DNA from: a virus
Lineage: Duplodnaviria > Heunggongvirae > Uroviricota > Caudoviricetes
Virus record (IMG/VR): IMGVR_UViG_2734482547_000016
Direction: 5' to 3' (one strand)
Length of the DNA: 20,400 nt
The notes under the pieces are model-generated. The model was not told where the DNA came from, made no database searches, and worked only from the letters and a program-made list of their open reading frames with translations. A program made the translations under genes and the position numbers. Shown piece by piece: positions 8,352 to 17,356 of the stretch (position 1 is its first letter; each line of letters starts with the position of its first letter).

Positions 8352-9113
8352 TCACTTTTCCGATACAACACGGCGGGAAGAATCAGCAATCTGTCGAACA
8401 ATATCCCGGTGCTTGTTCAGCTCCCGCAGCGCGGCGCAGACTCGCTCCCACTTCTGGACATGATTTTTCGCCCGACGCAGTTCGCGGTTTGCCATATGCA
8501 GCGATGGCAAAATCAGGTCATCAGCTCGCGTTTCAGTAAACGATGGCAGCGACTGCACAATGTCCGCCACAGTTTCTGTTTTAATATCTTCCTGTGTTGC
8601 CGCTTCCTGTACTGGTAACGCAACACCGGCTGGCTGAGGAAAGGTTTTACCATCAGTTTCCGTTACCGATGCAGCTTTCGGCTCTGCTGGTAAATCATCG
8701 CCCGGCATGCAGTAACGAAATTTACCGTTCTGATTAACGCGAAGCAGACGACCTTTGCTGATTGCCATTGCCAGCGTTGAAGCCACTTTGCGTGATGTGG
8801 TACCAAACAATGTAGCCAGCTCATCCGCCGTTTGTGGTCCACGTTGTTCAATCGTCGCAGTTAAATCGCTCTCTGAAATTTTCGCGACTGTTGCCGTGGT
8901 AGTTTCTTCCGGCAGTTCTGCCGGCGCTGGCTGTTCCTGCTGAACGTTGTTATCAGCCACACGCCAGGTGTACGCGCTTTTATCAACGAAACCAGCCTTT
9001 TTCAGTTCCCATAGTTCGTTCAGCACTTCTTCACGACTGATATCAAGTCGCGCAGCAAGTTCTATGGATGTGGCTTTTCCCATTGCTTTCAGTACGTCAA
9101 AAACAGTCTCCAT
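8352..9113 (-). CDS. Hypothetical phage protein with a probable N-terminal winged-helix DNA-binding domain (possibly DUF1627-type)
   Basis: [44 protein letters not shown]... looks like a wHTH; an acidic Pro/Glu-rich linker follows; SD GGGAGA upstream of the ATG at 9113. Sits just downstream of the DnaC-like gene as in other lambdoid prophages. Confidence 0.55.
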   Translation of the reverse strand: METVFDVLKAMGKATSIELAARLDISREEVLNELWELKKAGFVDKSAYTWRVADNNVQQEQPAPAELPEETTTATVAKISESDLTATIEQRGPQTADELATLFGTTSRKVASTLAMAISKGRLLRVNQNGKFRYCMPGDDLPAEPKAASVTETDGKTFPQPAGVALPVQEAATQEDIKTETVADIVQSLPSFTETRADDLILPSLHMANRELRRAKNHVQKWERVCAALRELNKHRDIVRQIADSSRRVVSEK

Positions 9114-9135
9114 TAAATTTTTCTCCCGGTAAAAA

Positions 9136-9882
9136 TTACTTCGCAATTCCTGGCTGGACGACATTCGGACGCCAGCTCTCCCAGTTGAAATTCACCCATC
9201 GCCCGCCGTTCATGGTCATGCGATCCATAATCCGCTCGCCAAGCAATGTTTTCATGGCCTCATAGTTCAGGTTTGTCAGCATCCCCACGCTGCGCATCGA
9301 CGCTGTCCGGCGATCAACAATCTGGTGCAGCACCACCTGCTCGTTTTTCGTCTCGCGCTGAATGCCAATTTCATCAAGAACCAGCAGATCCACTTCGCAC
9401 AGTTCCCGCAAAAATTTTTCGCCTGACTGCCCGTCGTCATAGCTGGCGTGCAGGGCACTCATAACATCAGCCACGGTAACCACAATCACTGTCTGACCGT
9501 CTTTCAGCAGGCGATTCCCGATAGCTGCCGCTAAGTGGTTCTTCCCGGTACCAGGTTTTCCGCTGAACGCAAAATTTGTACACCCGGTCATCAGTTCATC
9601 AGCGATGGATTTCGCCTGACTCAACGCGTATCGCTGCCCTTCGTTCTGCACCTGGTAATTCGAAAACGAGCATTTGCGGTGCAATGGCTGGATGCCAGAG
9701 CGATTCAGAATTTTTTCCACCCGCAACTGACGATTCTGACGGTTGATCTCCTCACAACGTTTCTGGCCTTCGGAAAGTTGCCACTCGCGCCACTCCGCTA
9801 CCGTCTTGAATGGCGCGGTTACATGTGACGGGGCCAGTCTGCGGATACGTTCAAGAACGTCGCCTGTCGCAATATTTTTCAT
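9136..9882 (-). CDS. ydaV: DnaC/IstB-family replicative helicase loader (P-like), 248 aa
   Basis: Walker [16 protein letters not shown] and Walker B LLVLDEIG; same length and position as Rac YdaV (recollection). Confidence 0.75.
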   Translation of the reverse strand: MKNIATGDVLERIRRLAPSHVTAPFKTVAEWREWQLSEGQKRCEEINRQNRQLRVEKILNRSGIQPLHRKCSFSNYQVQNEGQRYALSQAKSIADELMTGCTNFAFSGKPGTGKNHLAAAIGNRLLKDGQTVIVVTVADVMSALHASYDDGQSGEKFLRELCEVDLLVLDEIGIQRETKNEQVVLHQIVDRRTASMRSVGMLTNLNYEAMKTLLGERIMDRMTMNGGRWVNFNWESWRPNVVQPGIAK

Positions 9883-9888
9883 GGTCAG

Positions 9889-10677
9889 TTACCCCCTGAA
9901 GCCTGGCGGGATCGCACTATCCGGTAACGAGACGGTGTTAACCTGTCGGAGTAACGTCTCAGGTCGAACACCTTTCGGCGCGAACAAGCCCTGGTATTCG
10001 TTGGCGATGCTGTGTCGAATCACCTGCTCAGGTGAAAAACCCTGCTGGCGGAATTTTTCCAGCTCCCGTATCGCCCCGTTAGCGCCCTGCTCCGTTCGAA
10101 TCGGTTTTCGCAATGCCTGCCTGAACTGAACCCACTCATGCCAGAGTGTTTCCGGCAACCAGTCAGGCAGCTCGATAGCCTCCGGTTCGAATTTTTTAGA
10201 CGCTCGTTTTTGGCGAGGGGGATTTAGGGGGAGATAAGTATTTATATCTTCCTCTTTCTCTTCCTCTGGTAACGCTTTTTGATCCGTTTTTGTAACGCTG
10301 GCAGCGTTACCTTTTCGTTTCAGTTCTCGTATTTTTGTTACTCTCTCGTTTGTAACCGCCCGTTTTTTAGAGCTTTTCCCGTTATGGCGCTCAAAGTTAG
10401 GAAGCGACAACACACCATTAGTTTCGACCAGCCATCCAACCTGAATTAACGCATCAGCAAAACCAGCCATAAAAGTGATGCGATCTATTGCACTTTTTGT
10501 AACGCCGCGAGCGTTACACTCTGCGTTACCGTCTATCATTTGTTGATCCGCCCATGCCCAGAAGCGAATGACTTTCCCTAATGCGGCATCTGGATCAATA
10601 TTCAGAATCTCAGCAAGCCTGAATATTTCCGGCTTATCCGGCGTAATAACCTCGAGCTTTATCCAGTTTGAAGCCAT
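9889..10677 (-). CDS. Replication initiation protein (YdaU-like, O-like role), 262 aa
   Basis: Immediately upstream of the DnaC-like gene (6-nt spacing); SD AGGTGA; contains and is preceded by iteron-like palindromes; central low-complexity basic/acidic linker. Confidence 0.6.
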   Translation of the reverse strand: MASNWIKLEVITPDKPEIFRLAEILNIDPDAALGKVIRFWAWADQQMIDGNAECNARGVTKSAIDRITFMAGFADALIQVGWLVETNGVLSLPNFERHNGKSSKKRAVTNERVTKIRELKRKGNAASVTKTDQKALPEEEKEEDINTYLPLNPPRQKRASKKFEPEAIELPDWLPETLWHEWVQFRQALRKPIRTEQGANGAIRELEKFRQQGFSPEQVIRHSIANEYQGLFAPKGVRPETLLRQVNTVSLPDSAIPPGFRG

Positions 10678-10710
10678 TTGTTTTCACCTTGTAACGCTCG
10701 CAGCGTTACA
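10268..10710. repeat. Iteron-like palindromic repeats, consensus TGTAACGC-N3-5-GCGTTACA (3 full palindromes plus half-sites)
   Basis: Full copies at 10291..10310 (TGTAACGCTGGCAGCGTTAC), 10498..10518 (TGTAACGCCGCGAGCGTTACA) and 10690..10710 (TGTAACGCTCGCAGCGTTACA); half-sites at about 10268, 10351 and 10523. Two lie inside the ydaU-like coding region, one just upstream of its SD. Confidence 0.6.
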
Positions 10711-10754
10711 TTTAACTGATACCGAACAAAACAGTTCGGTACGATTAATTTCAA

Positions 10755-11177
10755 TCAATGCACTACGACAGAATCGCTAGGAGAACCGCCGCCGCTGAAA
10801 TGTGCTTTACGGTAAACGGCCTGGACTGCATCATCATGCGCATCAATTGCCGTACTCAGTGCATCCTGTGCCGCCAGTAATGCACGGCGTTCCAGGGTAT
10901 CGAAGATGCAGAGTCGGTGACGCAGCTCGCGAGGAAGAATTGCCAGAACCGCAGGGATCAGTTTCTGAATTTTTTCCCTTTGCGCATTCGTTTCACCTTT
11001 CAACCAACGATGATAGATATTCTGCTGATTGTTCCAGTCCTTGCCTGGTACCAGGGGCAATTCGCCGCCCCCCTGGCGCAGATATTCTTCAGTAATTGCG
11101 TTAGCGACCCACGCCTGCCCTTTTTCGGCTGCCAGGGCTAACAACACTGATTCGATGTGCTCATGCTTGATTTTCAT
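10755..11177 (-). CDS. ydaT: YdaT-like protein (CII-analogue regulator of Rac-type prophages), 140 aa
   Basis: MKIKHEHIESVLLALAAEKG... resembles Rac YdaT (recollection); start overlaps the stop of the Cro-like gene (ATGA). Confidence 0.6.
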   Translation of the reverse strand: MKIKHEHIESVLLALAAEKGQAWVANAITEEYLRQGGGELPLVPGKDWNNQQNIYHRWLKGETNAQREKIQKLIPAVLAILPRELRHRLCIFDTLERRALLAAQDALSTAIDAHDDAVQAVYRKAHFSGGGSPSDSVVVH

Positions 11178-11428
11178 GAATCAACTCCCATCAGCTTTTT
11201 CGTAGTAGTTTTATTTCTGCCAATAGTTAAAATTGCATCGGCAGAAAATAATCCGTTTGATGCATGAGCGATTTTTTCAGCGTAATTTGTTTCGCCGGTA
11301 TATTCTGTGCGAGGCAATTTTCCGTTATCCATCCATTTGTAGATTGCTCTTTGGCTGACACCACAAACGTCGGCCACAACAGAAACGCGAACAGTTTTGA
11401 TTACATCTTCAAGTGTTTTCTGGTTCAT
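11174..11428 (-). CDS. Cro-like HTH regulator (YdaS-like), about 84 aa
   Basis: HTH-like segment VSVVADVCGVSQRAIYKWMDNGKLP; SD GAGGA before the ATG at 11428; divergent from the repressor gene. The ORF-track start at 11500 would overlap the repressor promoter, so the internal start is preferred. Confidence 0.6.
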   Translation of the reverse strand: MNQKTLEDVIKTVRVSVVADVCGVSQRAIYKWMDNGKLPRTEYTGETNYAEKIAHASNGLFSADAILTIGRNKTTTKKLMGVDS

Positions 11429-11507
11429 ATCATCCTCACAATGTGAACTTTGAGTACATGCTATAACAGAACTGACAGTACATTCAAGAGCGAATATCAT
11501 TGAACTT
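11429..11507. promoter_or_regulatory. OR-like divergent promoter/operator region between the repressor and the Cro-like gene
   Basis: 79-bp intergenic region between divergent regulators; two direct AGTACAT motifs (11453..11459, 11477..11483). Confidence 0.5.
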
Positions 11508-11927
11508 ATGGTTCATGAAGATAAAGCGCGTAAAGAGTTCGCCAGTAGGCTTGCGCTAGCCTGTGAAAACGCTGGTTATGAACAACATGGAAGGCAGGCA
11601 GAAATTGCCCGTCGAATGAAATTAACACCAAAAGCGGTTAGCAAATGGTTTAATGGTGAAACAATTCCTCGCCGAGAGAAATTAAGGGAATTAGCAACAC
11701 TCATTGGAACAACACCAACCTATCTTTTGGGAGAGGATACAGAAGAAAGTGGACAGATACGTTTCTATCAGGAGTTAAATCCAAGACAAAAAATCATCAT
11801 TGACCTTCTGGACGAGCTCCCTGACAGTGAGACAGATGAACTTTTAAAAACTCTTGAGGAGAAAAAACAGAAGTACAATGCAATTTACGAAGAGTTAGCA
11901 CGAAAGAAAAAACAAAAAGCCTCTTAA
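11508..11927 (+). CDS. Prophage repressor, XRE-family HTH (RacR-like), 139 aa
   Basis: HTH segment QAEIARRMKLTPKAVSKWFNGETIPRREKLRELATLIG; no S24 peptidase domain; C-terminal charged coiled-coil-like tail; divergent from the Cro-like gene. Confidence 0.7.
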   Translation: MVHEDKARKEFASRLALACENAGYEQHGRQAEIARRMKLTPKAVSKWFNGETIPRREKLRELATLIGTTPTYLLGEDTEESGQIRFYQELNPRQKIIIDLLDELPDSETDELLKTLEEKKQKYNAIYEELARKKKQKAS

Positions 11928-11995
11928 ACCAGCATAAATCCGGTAGCGTCCCCCTCCGGGTTTGTGCTTCACTTTATCCCGTCTCATTTTTTTAT

Positions 11996-12050
11996 ACATA
12001 AAATGTACTTAAAGTACTTTACAATGATGAACACAAAGTACATTATATAC
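11996..12050 (+). promoter_or_regulatory. PL/OL-like promoter with overlapping operator motifs
   Basis: Candidate -35 TTTACA (12018..12023) and -10 CATTAT (12041..12046) with 17-nt spacer; AGTACAT-type motifs (ATGTACT 12003..12009, palindrome AAAGTACTTT 12011..12020, AGTACAT 12038..12044) overlap both elements. Confidence 0.4.
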
Positions 12051-12214
12051 CTACCAACCCACCCCGCCCCACAGAACGCCGGGCAATACTTCGAGTTACC
12101 AGGCAGTGGTCAGGGGTTAAGTAGCCAGCCCGAGGCGTATGAACATGACGGCGGGATTCAAATTTTGCAGTGCAGCAGTTAGTTCCGCCACCCGGCGTTA
12201 AGGGGAGAGATAAG

Positions 12215-12349
12215 ATGGTGCATTACGAAGTAGTTCAGTATTTGATGGATTGTTGCGGTATCACTTACAACCAGGCTGTGCAGGCTTTACGCAGCAACGA
12301 CTGGGATCTCTGGCAGGCAGAAGTCGCTATACGTAGCAACAAGATGTGA
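12215..12349 (+). CDS. Small prophage protein (YdaG-like), 44 aa
   Basis: MVHYEVVQYLMDCCGITYNQAVQALRSNDWDLWQAEVAIRSNKM with SD AGGGGAGAGA upstream; first ORF after the PL-like region; below the ORF-track cutoff. Confidence 0.5.
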   Translation: MVHYEVVQYLMDCCGITYNQAVQALRSNDWDLWQAEVAIRSNKM

Positions 12350-12359
12350 GATTCGCAAA

Positions 12360-12515
12360 ATGCAAAAAATCGACCTCGGCAACAACGAATCCATGGTGTG
12401 CGGCGTGTTCCCCAACCAAGATGGAACGTTCACTGCTATGACGTATACCAAAAGCAAAACATTTAAAACCGAAACTGGTGCGCGCCGATGGTTGGAGAAG
12501 CACACAGTAAACTAA
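12360..12515 (+). CDS. ydaF: Small prophage protein (YdaF-like, DUF1391-type), 51 aa
   Basis: MQKIDLGNNESMVCGVFPNQDGTFTAMTYTKSKTFKTETGARRWLEKHTVN resembles Rac YdaF (recollection); stop overlaps the convergent sieB stop. Confidence 0.55.
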   Translation: MQKIDLGNNESMVCGVFPNQDGTFTAMTYTKSKTFKTETGARRWLEKHTVN

Positions 12516-13000
12516 CGATTAAAACGTCTACTCCTGCTGTTCCAGAATAACTTCATAAAATGGGAGTATTTTTCGGTGACGAGATAATAAGAACAGTTTG
12601 CGCTATCACTCTGATGTTGAATGATGCCCTTCCGTTCTAATTTTTTCATAACCGGGTTACGGCAAGGAGAAGTGATAATAAGATTTCCTGTTTTAAGGAA
12701 ATCTTTAAATACAGCTATTTCTTTCTCAGATAAACGAAGCAATACTCGTTGCTCTGGTAGTAATGAATAATGCTTTTGAATATGTGCTCGCAATCTTGAG
12801 AAGGAAATGGCGACCACGAAAGAAAAGGCAAAAACGATAATCTGAAAGAGCCAAGGTATTTCAGTATAAGCATTGAATGCGACAGTAAACTCTTTCGGTA
12901 TCAGCCAGAGAGTGAGACCAAAAATGATAATCGTATACATAAGTCTTTCGAGTGGCTCGTTAGCAAAAAGTTTCAACAATGGAGTAAATACATCCAACAT
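12512..13000 (-). CDS. sieB: Superinfection exclusion protein B (SieB), membrane protein, 162 aa
   Basis: MLDVFTPLLKLFANEPLERLMYTIIIFGLTLWLIPKEFTVAFNAYTEIPWLFQIIVFAFSFVV... matches SieB of Rac/lambda as recalled; hydrophobic N-terminal half. The ORF-track start at 13123 is an upstream extension. Confidence 0.8.
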   Translation of the reverse strand: MLDVFTPLLKLFANEPLERLMYTIIIFGLTLWLIPKEFTVAFNAYTEIPWLFQIIVFAFSFVVAISFSRLRAHIQKHYSLLPEQRVLLRLSEKEIAVFKDFLKTGNLIITSPCRNPVMKKLERKGIIQHQSDSANCSYYLVTEKYSHFMKLFWNSRSRRFNR

Positions 13001-13430
13001 ATCAATAACTCTCAACTGTAAGGGTATTGAAATGTTAACACAAGCTCTCGCTGTAGGGGTATAGCCGAGACCACCGAAGCCCGGAGGTGGTGAAATAAAA
13101 CTGGGCGCAACACGAAGGCGCATTTCCGATATCCATAAAGAGTCGGTCTTGTCTGTTAAATTTAAATGGTGGGAGTGCGCCTCCGGTTGTAAATAACGAC
13201 ATTGCTGTGTGTAGTCTTGGCGGCATCAGTTTTTTCTTGAAGTTCGGCTGATGTCCGCCCTTTTTAAAGTGAATTTTGTGATGCGGTGAATGCGGCTAAG
13301 CGCACGCGGAACAGTTAAAAGCATCAGTGTTATGGGGGGATTATCCGGCGTTAATTGTTAACTGGTTAACGTCACCTGGAGGCACCAGGCACCGCATCAA
13401 CAAGGTTCATTTGTGAAAATGGAGATAATT

Positions 13431-13652
13431 ATGATTGCTCATCACTTCGGAACTGATGAAATACCTCGTCAGTGTGTGACTCCTGGTGATTATGTTCTTC
13501 ATAACGGCCGGACATATATTGCCTCGGCAAACAATATTAAAAAGCGAAAACTTTATATTCGAAACCTGACCACAAAAACATGCATTACTGACTGCATGAT
13601 TAAAGTCTTCCTCGGTCGTGATGGTTTACCTGTAAAGGCGGAGTCATGGTGA
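13431..13652 (+). CDS. kilR: KilR (Rac-type killing protein, cell-division inhibitor), 73 aa
   Basis: [50 protein letters not shown]... matches Rac KilR as recalled; SD GGAGA 5 nt upstream. Confidence 0.75.
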   Translation: MIAHHFGTDEIPRQCVTPGDYVLHNGRTYIASANNIKKRKLYIRNLTTKTCITDCMIKVFLGRDGLPVKAESW

Positions 13653-13822
13653 TGACTAAGAAAATAAAATGTGCTTACCACCTTTGCGATAAAGAAGTTA
13701 AAGAAAGCAAAAGCATTAAAAGACCACTTCATTTCATGCGTGGAGTTATCCCAACGACGGAAATGAAAAAATATTGTAGTGAAATATGTGCCGAAAAAGA
13801 CCAGATGGCACACGAACTTTAA
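13652..13822 (+). CDS. Small Cys-rich protein (possible zinc ribbon, YdaE-like), 56 aa
   Basis: [21 protein letters not shown]...KKYCSEICAEKDQMAHEL; start overlaps the kilR stop (TGATG); below the ORF-track cutoff. Confidence 0.45.
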   Translation: MTKKIKCAYHLCDKEVKESKSIKRPLHFMRGVIPTTEMKKYCSEICAEKDQMAHEL

Positions 13823-13896
13823 TTAACTGACTATGCGAAACTGAATTTATGCCAGCAATGGCAGGGATTCGCTCAACCTTAATTAAGGAGAAAAAC

Positions 13897-14172
13897 ATGA
13901 TTACCAGTTATGAAGCCACTGTTGTAACTACTGATGACATTGTTCACGAAGTTAATCTGGAAGGAAAGCGTATTGGCTACGTGATTAAAACAGAAAATAA
14001 AGAAACCCCATTCACTGTGGTTGATATCGACGGTCCATCAGGCAACGTTAAAACACTTCACGAAGGTGTCAAAAAAATGTGCCTGGTGCATACCGGAAAG
14101 AATCTGCCCGCAGAAAAAAAAGCCGAATTTCTGGCAACTCTAATTGCAATGAAATTAAAAGGTGAAATCTGA
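13897..14172 (+). CDS. racC: RacC-like protein, 91 aa
   Basis: 91-aa ORF with SD AAGGAG directly upstream of recE, the position of racC in Rac; length matches. Confidence 0.55.
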   Translation: MITSYEATVVTTDDIVHEVNLEGKRIGYVIKTENKETPFTVVDIDGPSGNVKTLHEGVKKMCLVHTGKNLPAEKKAEFLATLIAMKLKGEI

Positions 14173-14273
14173 AAGAAATAGCCTGCGTATGGCGCAGGCT
14201 ATGAACAGTGTGTATCCGGCAAGATCATTCACTGAACAAAACGAATTTTAATCTGAGTTGAGGTTAAAAAACA

Positions 14274-17200
14274 ATGAGCACAAAACCACTCTTCCTGTTA
14301 CGGAAAGCGAAAAAATCATCCGGTGAACCTGACGTCGTCCTGTGGGCAAGCGACGATTTTGAATCGACCTGTGCCACTCTGGACTACCTGATCGTTAAGT
14401 CAGGTAAAAAACTGAGCAGCTATTTTAAAGCTGTTGCCACGAATTTTCCTGTCGTTAATGACCTGCCCGCTGAAGGTGAGATCGATTTTACCTGGAGTGA
14501 ACGCTATCAACTCAGCAAAGACTCCATGACATGGGAACTAAAACCGGGAGCAGCACCAGACAACGCTCACTATCAAGGCAATACCAACGTCAACGGCGAA
14601 GACATGACTGAGATTGAGGAGAATATGCTACTCCCAATTTCTGGCCAGGAACTGCCCATTCGTTGGCTTGCTCAACACGGCAGCGAAAAACCGGTAACGC
14701 ACGTTTCACGCGACGGACTCCAGGCATTACACATTGCTCGGGCTGAAGAACTACCGGCTGTTACTGCCCTGGCTGTTTCCCACAAAACCAGCCTGCTCGA
14801 CCCGCTGGAAATTCGCGATCTCCACAAACTGGTTCGTGACACTGACAAAGTTTTCCCTAATCCTGGTAATTCAAACCTGGGACTGATAACTGCTTTTTTC
14901 GAAGCATACCTGAACGCTGACTACACCGATCGAGGACTGCTGACAAAAGAGTGGATGAAGGGTAATCGTGTTTCACACATCACTCGCACGGCTTCCGGTG
15001 CTAATGCTGGCGGCGGAAACCTCACCGATCGCGGCGAAGGTTTCGTACACGATCTGACGTCACTGGCGCGCGACGTAGCCACTGGCGTACTGGCCCGTTC
15101 AATGGATCTGGACATCTATAACCTTCATCCGGCACACGCTAAACGCATTGAGGAAATTATCGCTGAAAATAAACCGCCCTTTTCTGTTTTCCGCGACAAA
15201 TTCATCACCATGCCTGGCGGGCTGGATTATTCCCGCGCCATCGTGGTTGCGTCCGTAAAAGAAGCACCAATTGGGATCGAGGTCATCCCCGCGCACGTCA
15301 CTGAATATCTGAACAAAGTACTGACTGAAACCGATCATGCCAACCCTGATCCGGAAATCGTGGATATTGCCTGCGGTCGCTCCTCTGCCCCGATGCCGCA
15401 GCGAGTAACAGAAGAAGGAAAACAGGATGATGAAGAAAAACCGCAACCATCTGGAACAACGGCAGTTGAACAGGGAGAGGCTGAAACAATGGAACCGGAC
15501 GCAACTGAACATCATCAGGACACGCAGCCGCTGGATGCTCAGTCACAGGTAAATTCTGTTGATGCGAAATATCAGGAACTGCGGGCAGAACTCCATGAAG
15601 CCCGGAAAAACATTCCATCAAAAAATCCTGTCGATGCCGATAAATTGCTTGCTGCATCACGTGGTGAATTTGTTGACGGAGTTAGCGACCCGAACGATCC
15701 GAAATGGGTTAAGGGGATCCAGACTCGCGATTCTGTGTACCAGAACCAGCCAGAAACGGAAAAAACCAGCCCGGATGTGAAACAACCTGAGGCAGTAGTG
15801 CAACAGGAACCGGAAATAGTCTGCAATGCCTGCGGTCAGACTGGCGGAGATAACTGCCCTGACTGTGGGGCGGTGACGGGCGACGCAACATACCAGGAAA
15901 CATTCGATGAAGAGAATCAGGTTGAAGCTAAGGAAAAAGATCCGGTGGAAATGGAAGGCGCTGAACATCCGCACAATGAGAATGCTGGCAGCGATCCGCA
16001 TCGTGATTGCAGTGATGAAACTGGTGAAGCGTCAGCTCCTGTAGCAACTGAAATCATGTGGCCGTCATATTTCGAGCCTGGCCGCTATGAAAACCTCCCG
16101 AACGAGGTTTATCACTCCGCCAACGGAATAAGCAGCACGATGCTGAAGGATGCCCGTATCAGCCTGATGTATTACCACGGACGGCACATTGCCGGAACTA
16201 TTCCGAACGAGGAAAGTGATGCACTGCTGCGTGGGCGGATCATTCACAGCTATGTTCTGGAAACGGATAAATTCGCTGATGAATATGCCATTCCGGTACC
16301 GGTTCCTGAATATGTGGTTACTACTTCTAGCGAACTGATCGCCATCATTAAAAAACACAATGCCAGTCTGCCAGCACTGATGACACCAGAGCAGATGAAA
16401 GAGTGGATCGAAAGCTACAACAGCACTCTTATACAGCCACTGTCTGTAAGTGCCGGGGCCGAAGAAACAGGCATCCTTTACGGTTCGCTTCCGGTGGAAT
16501 TTCGGCGTATTCCTGAGGGGGAAAAACACACAGCATCAGCAATGAAAGCCTGTATTAAAGAATACAACGCAAGCCTCCCTCCTCTGTTGAAAACCAGTGG
16601 AGCACGGGAGCAGCTTCTGGATCAAATTGAAACTGTAGACCCAGAACTGGCAAAAAAAGAACGTGCTAAATCTTTGCCTTACAACATCAGTGGCACAAAA
16701 GAGCAATTAACCGAAATCGCACGGAAAATTCGCCCGGAACTGGTGACACTGGAGGACTGGCAAAAACGCCAGCAAGAAGAAAATGCCGGGAAAACGTTTA
16801 TCAGTCCGGAGATGTATGAACAGGCAAAAAATATTCACGCGGCACTGCAAAACAATACCGATGCAGCAAGGCTACTCAACCACCCGGATCGCAAATCTGA
16901 AATCAGCTATTTCGGGTTTGATGAAGAAACCGGGCTGGAAATCAGGGTCCGTCCTGATATCGAAATCCGGCTGCCATACGAAAGCATTTGCGCTGACGTG
17001 AAGTCAGTCAGCCTCGGTTATGTGCGACAGGAACGACTTAAAGATCGCCTGCACCGTGAAATTATTGAGCGTGATTATCACCTCAGCGCCGCAATGTATT
17101 GCGATGTGGCAAACCTGGACAAATTTTTCTGGATCTTCGTCAACAAAGATGCTGGCTATCACTGGGTGGCAGTCGTGGAAGCCTCGCAGGAACTCCTGGA

Positions 17201-17345
17201 ACTTGGTCGACAGGAATATCGCCGGACGCTACGCCAGATAAACGAAGCCCTGGAGACAAACAACTGGCCAGCACCGATTACCGAAAGTTATACCGACGAA
17301 TTAAACGACTTTGATCTTCGTCGTCTTGAAGCACTGAGCATCTGA
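14274..17345 (+). CDS. recE: RecE-family exonuclease VIII (5'-3' dsDNA exonuclease), 1023 aa
   Basis: N-terminus [21 protein letters not shown]... and a C-terminal PD-(D/E)xK-type nuclease region (…[10 protein letters not shown]…VKSVSLGYV…) resemble RecE; acidic low-complexity central linker; followed by an annealing-protein gene. Confidence 0.75.
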   Translation: MSTKPLFLLRKAKKSSGEPDVVLWASDDFESTCATLDYLIVKSGKKLSSYFKAVATNFPVVNDLPAEGEIDFTWSERYQLSKDSMTWELKPGAAPDNAHYQGNTNVNGEDMTEIEENMLLPISGQELPIRWLAQHGSEKPVTHVSRDGLQALHIARAEELPAVTALAVSHKTSLLDPLEIRDLHKLVRDTDKVFPNPGNSNLGLITAFFEAYLNADYTDRGLLTKEWMKGNRVSHITRTASGANAGGGNLTDRGEGFVHDLTSLARDVATGVLARSMDLDIYNLHPAHAKRIEEIIAENKPPFSVFRDKFITMPGGLDYSRAIVVASVKEAPIGIEVIPAHVTEYLNKVLTETDHANPDPEIVDIACGRSSAPMPQRVTEEGKQDDEEKPQPSGTTAVEQGEAETMEPDATEHHQDTQPLDAQSQVNSVDAKYQELRAELHEARKNIPSKNPVDADKLLAASRGEFVDGVSDPNDPKWVKGIQTRDSVYQNQPETEKTSPDVKQPEAVVQQEPEIVCNACGQTGGDNCPDCGAVTGDATYQETFDEENQVEAKEKDPVEMEGAEHPHNENAGSDPHRDCSDETGEASAPVATEIMWPSYFEPGRYENLPNEVYHSANGISSTMLKDARISLMYYHGRHIAGTIPNEESDALLRGRIIHSYVLETDKFADEYAIPVPVPEYVVTTSSELIAIIKKHNASLPALMTPEQMKEWIESYNSTLIQPLSVSAGAEETGILYGSLPVEFRRIPEGEKHTASAMKACIKEYNASLPPLLKTSGAREQLLDQIETVDPELAKKERAKSLPYNISGTKEQLTEIARKIRPELVTLEDWQKRQQEENAGKTFISPEMYEQAKNIHAALQNNTDAARLLNHPDRKSEISYFGFDEETGLEIRVRPDIEIRLPYESICADVKSVSLGYVRQERLKDRLHREIIERDYHLSAAMYCDVANLDKFFWIFVNKDAGYHWVAVVEASQELLELGRQEYRRTLRQINEALETNNWPAPITESYTDELNDFDLRRLEALSI

Positions 17346-17356
17346 GGAAGGACACA

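Noticed and set aside
10725-10746. 8-bp hairpin TACCGAAC-AAAACA-GTTCGGTA between ydaT and ydaU-like as a possible terminator
   Set aside because: Not followed by a U-tract on the transcribed (minus) strand; short stem; could be an attenuator but evidence is weak.
14921-16529. Several minus-strand ORFs (64-154 aa) inside the recE coding region
   Set aside because: Antisense to a long, well-supported gene; no RBS; skewed amino-acid composition typical of reverse-frame artefacts.
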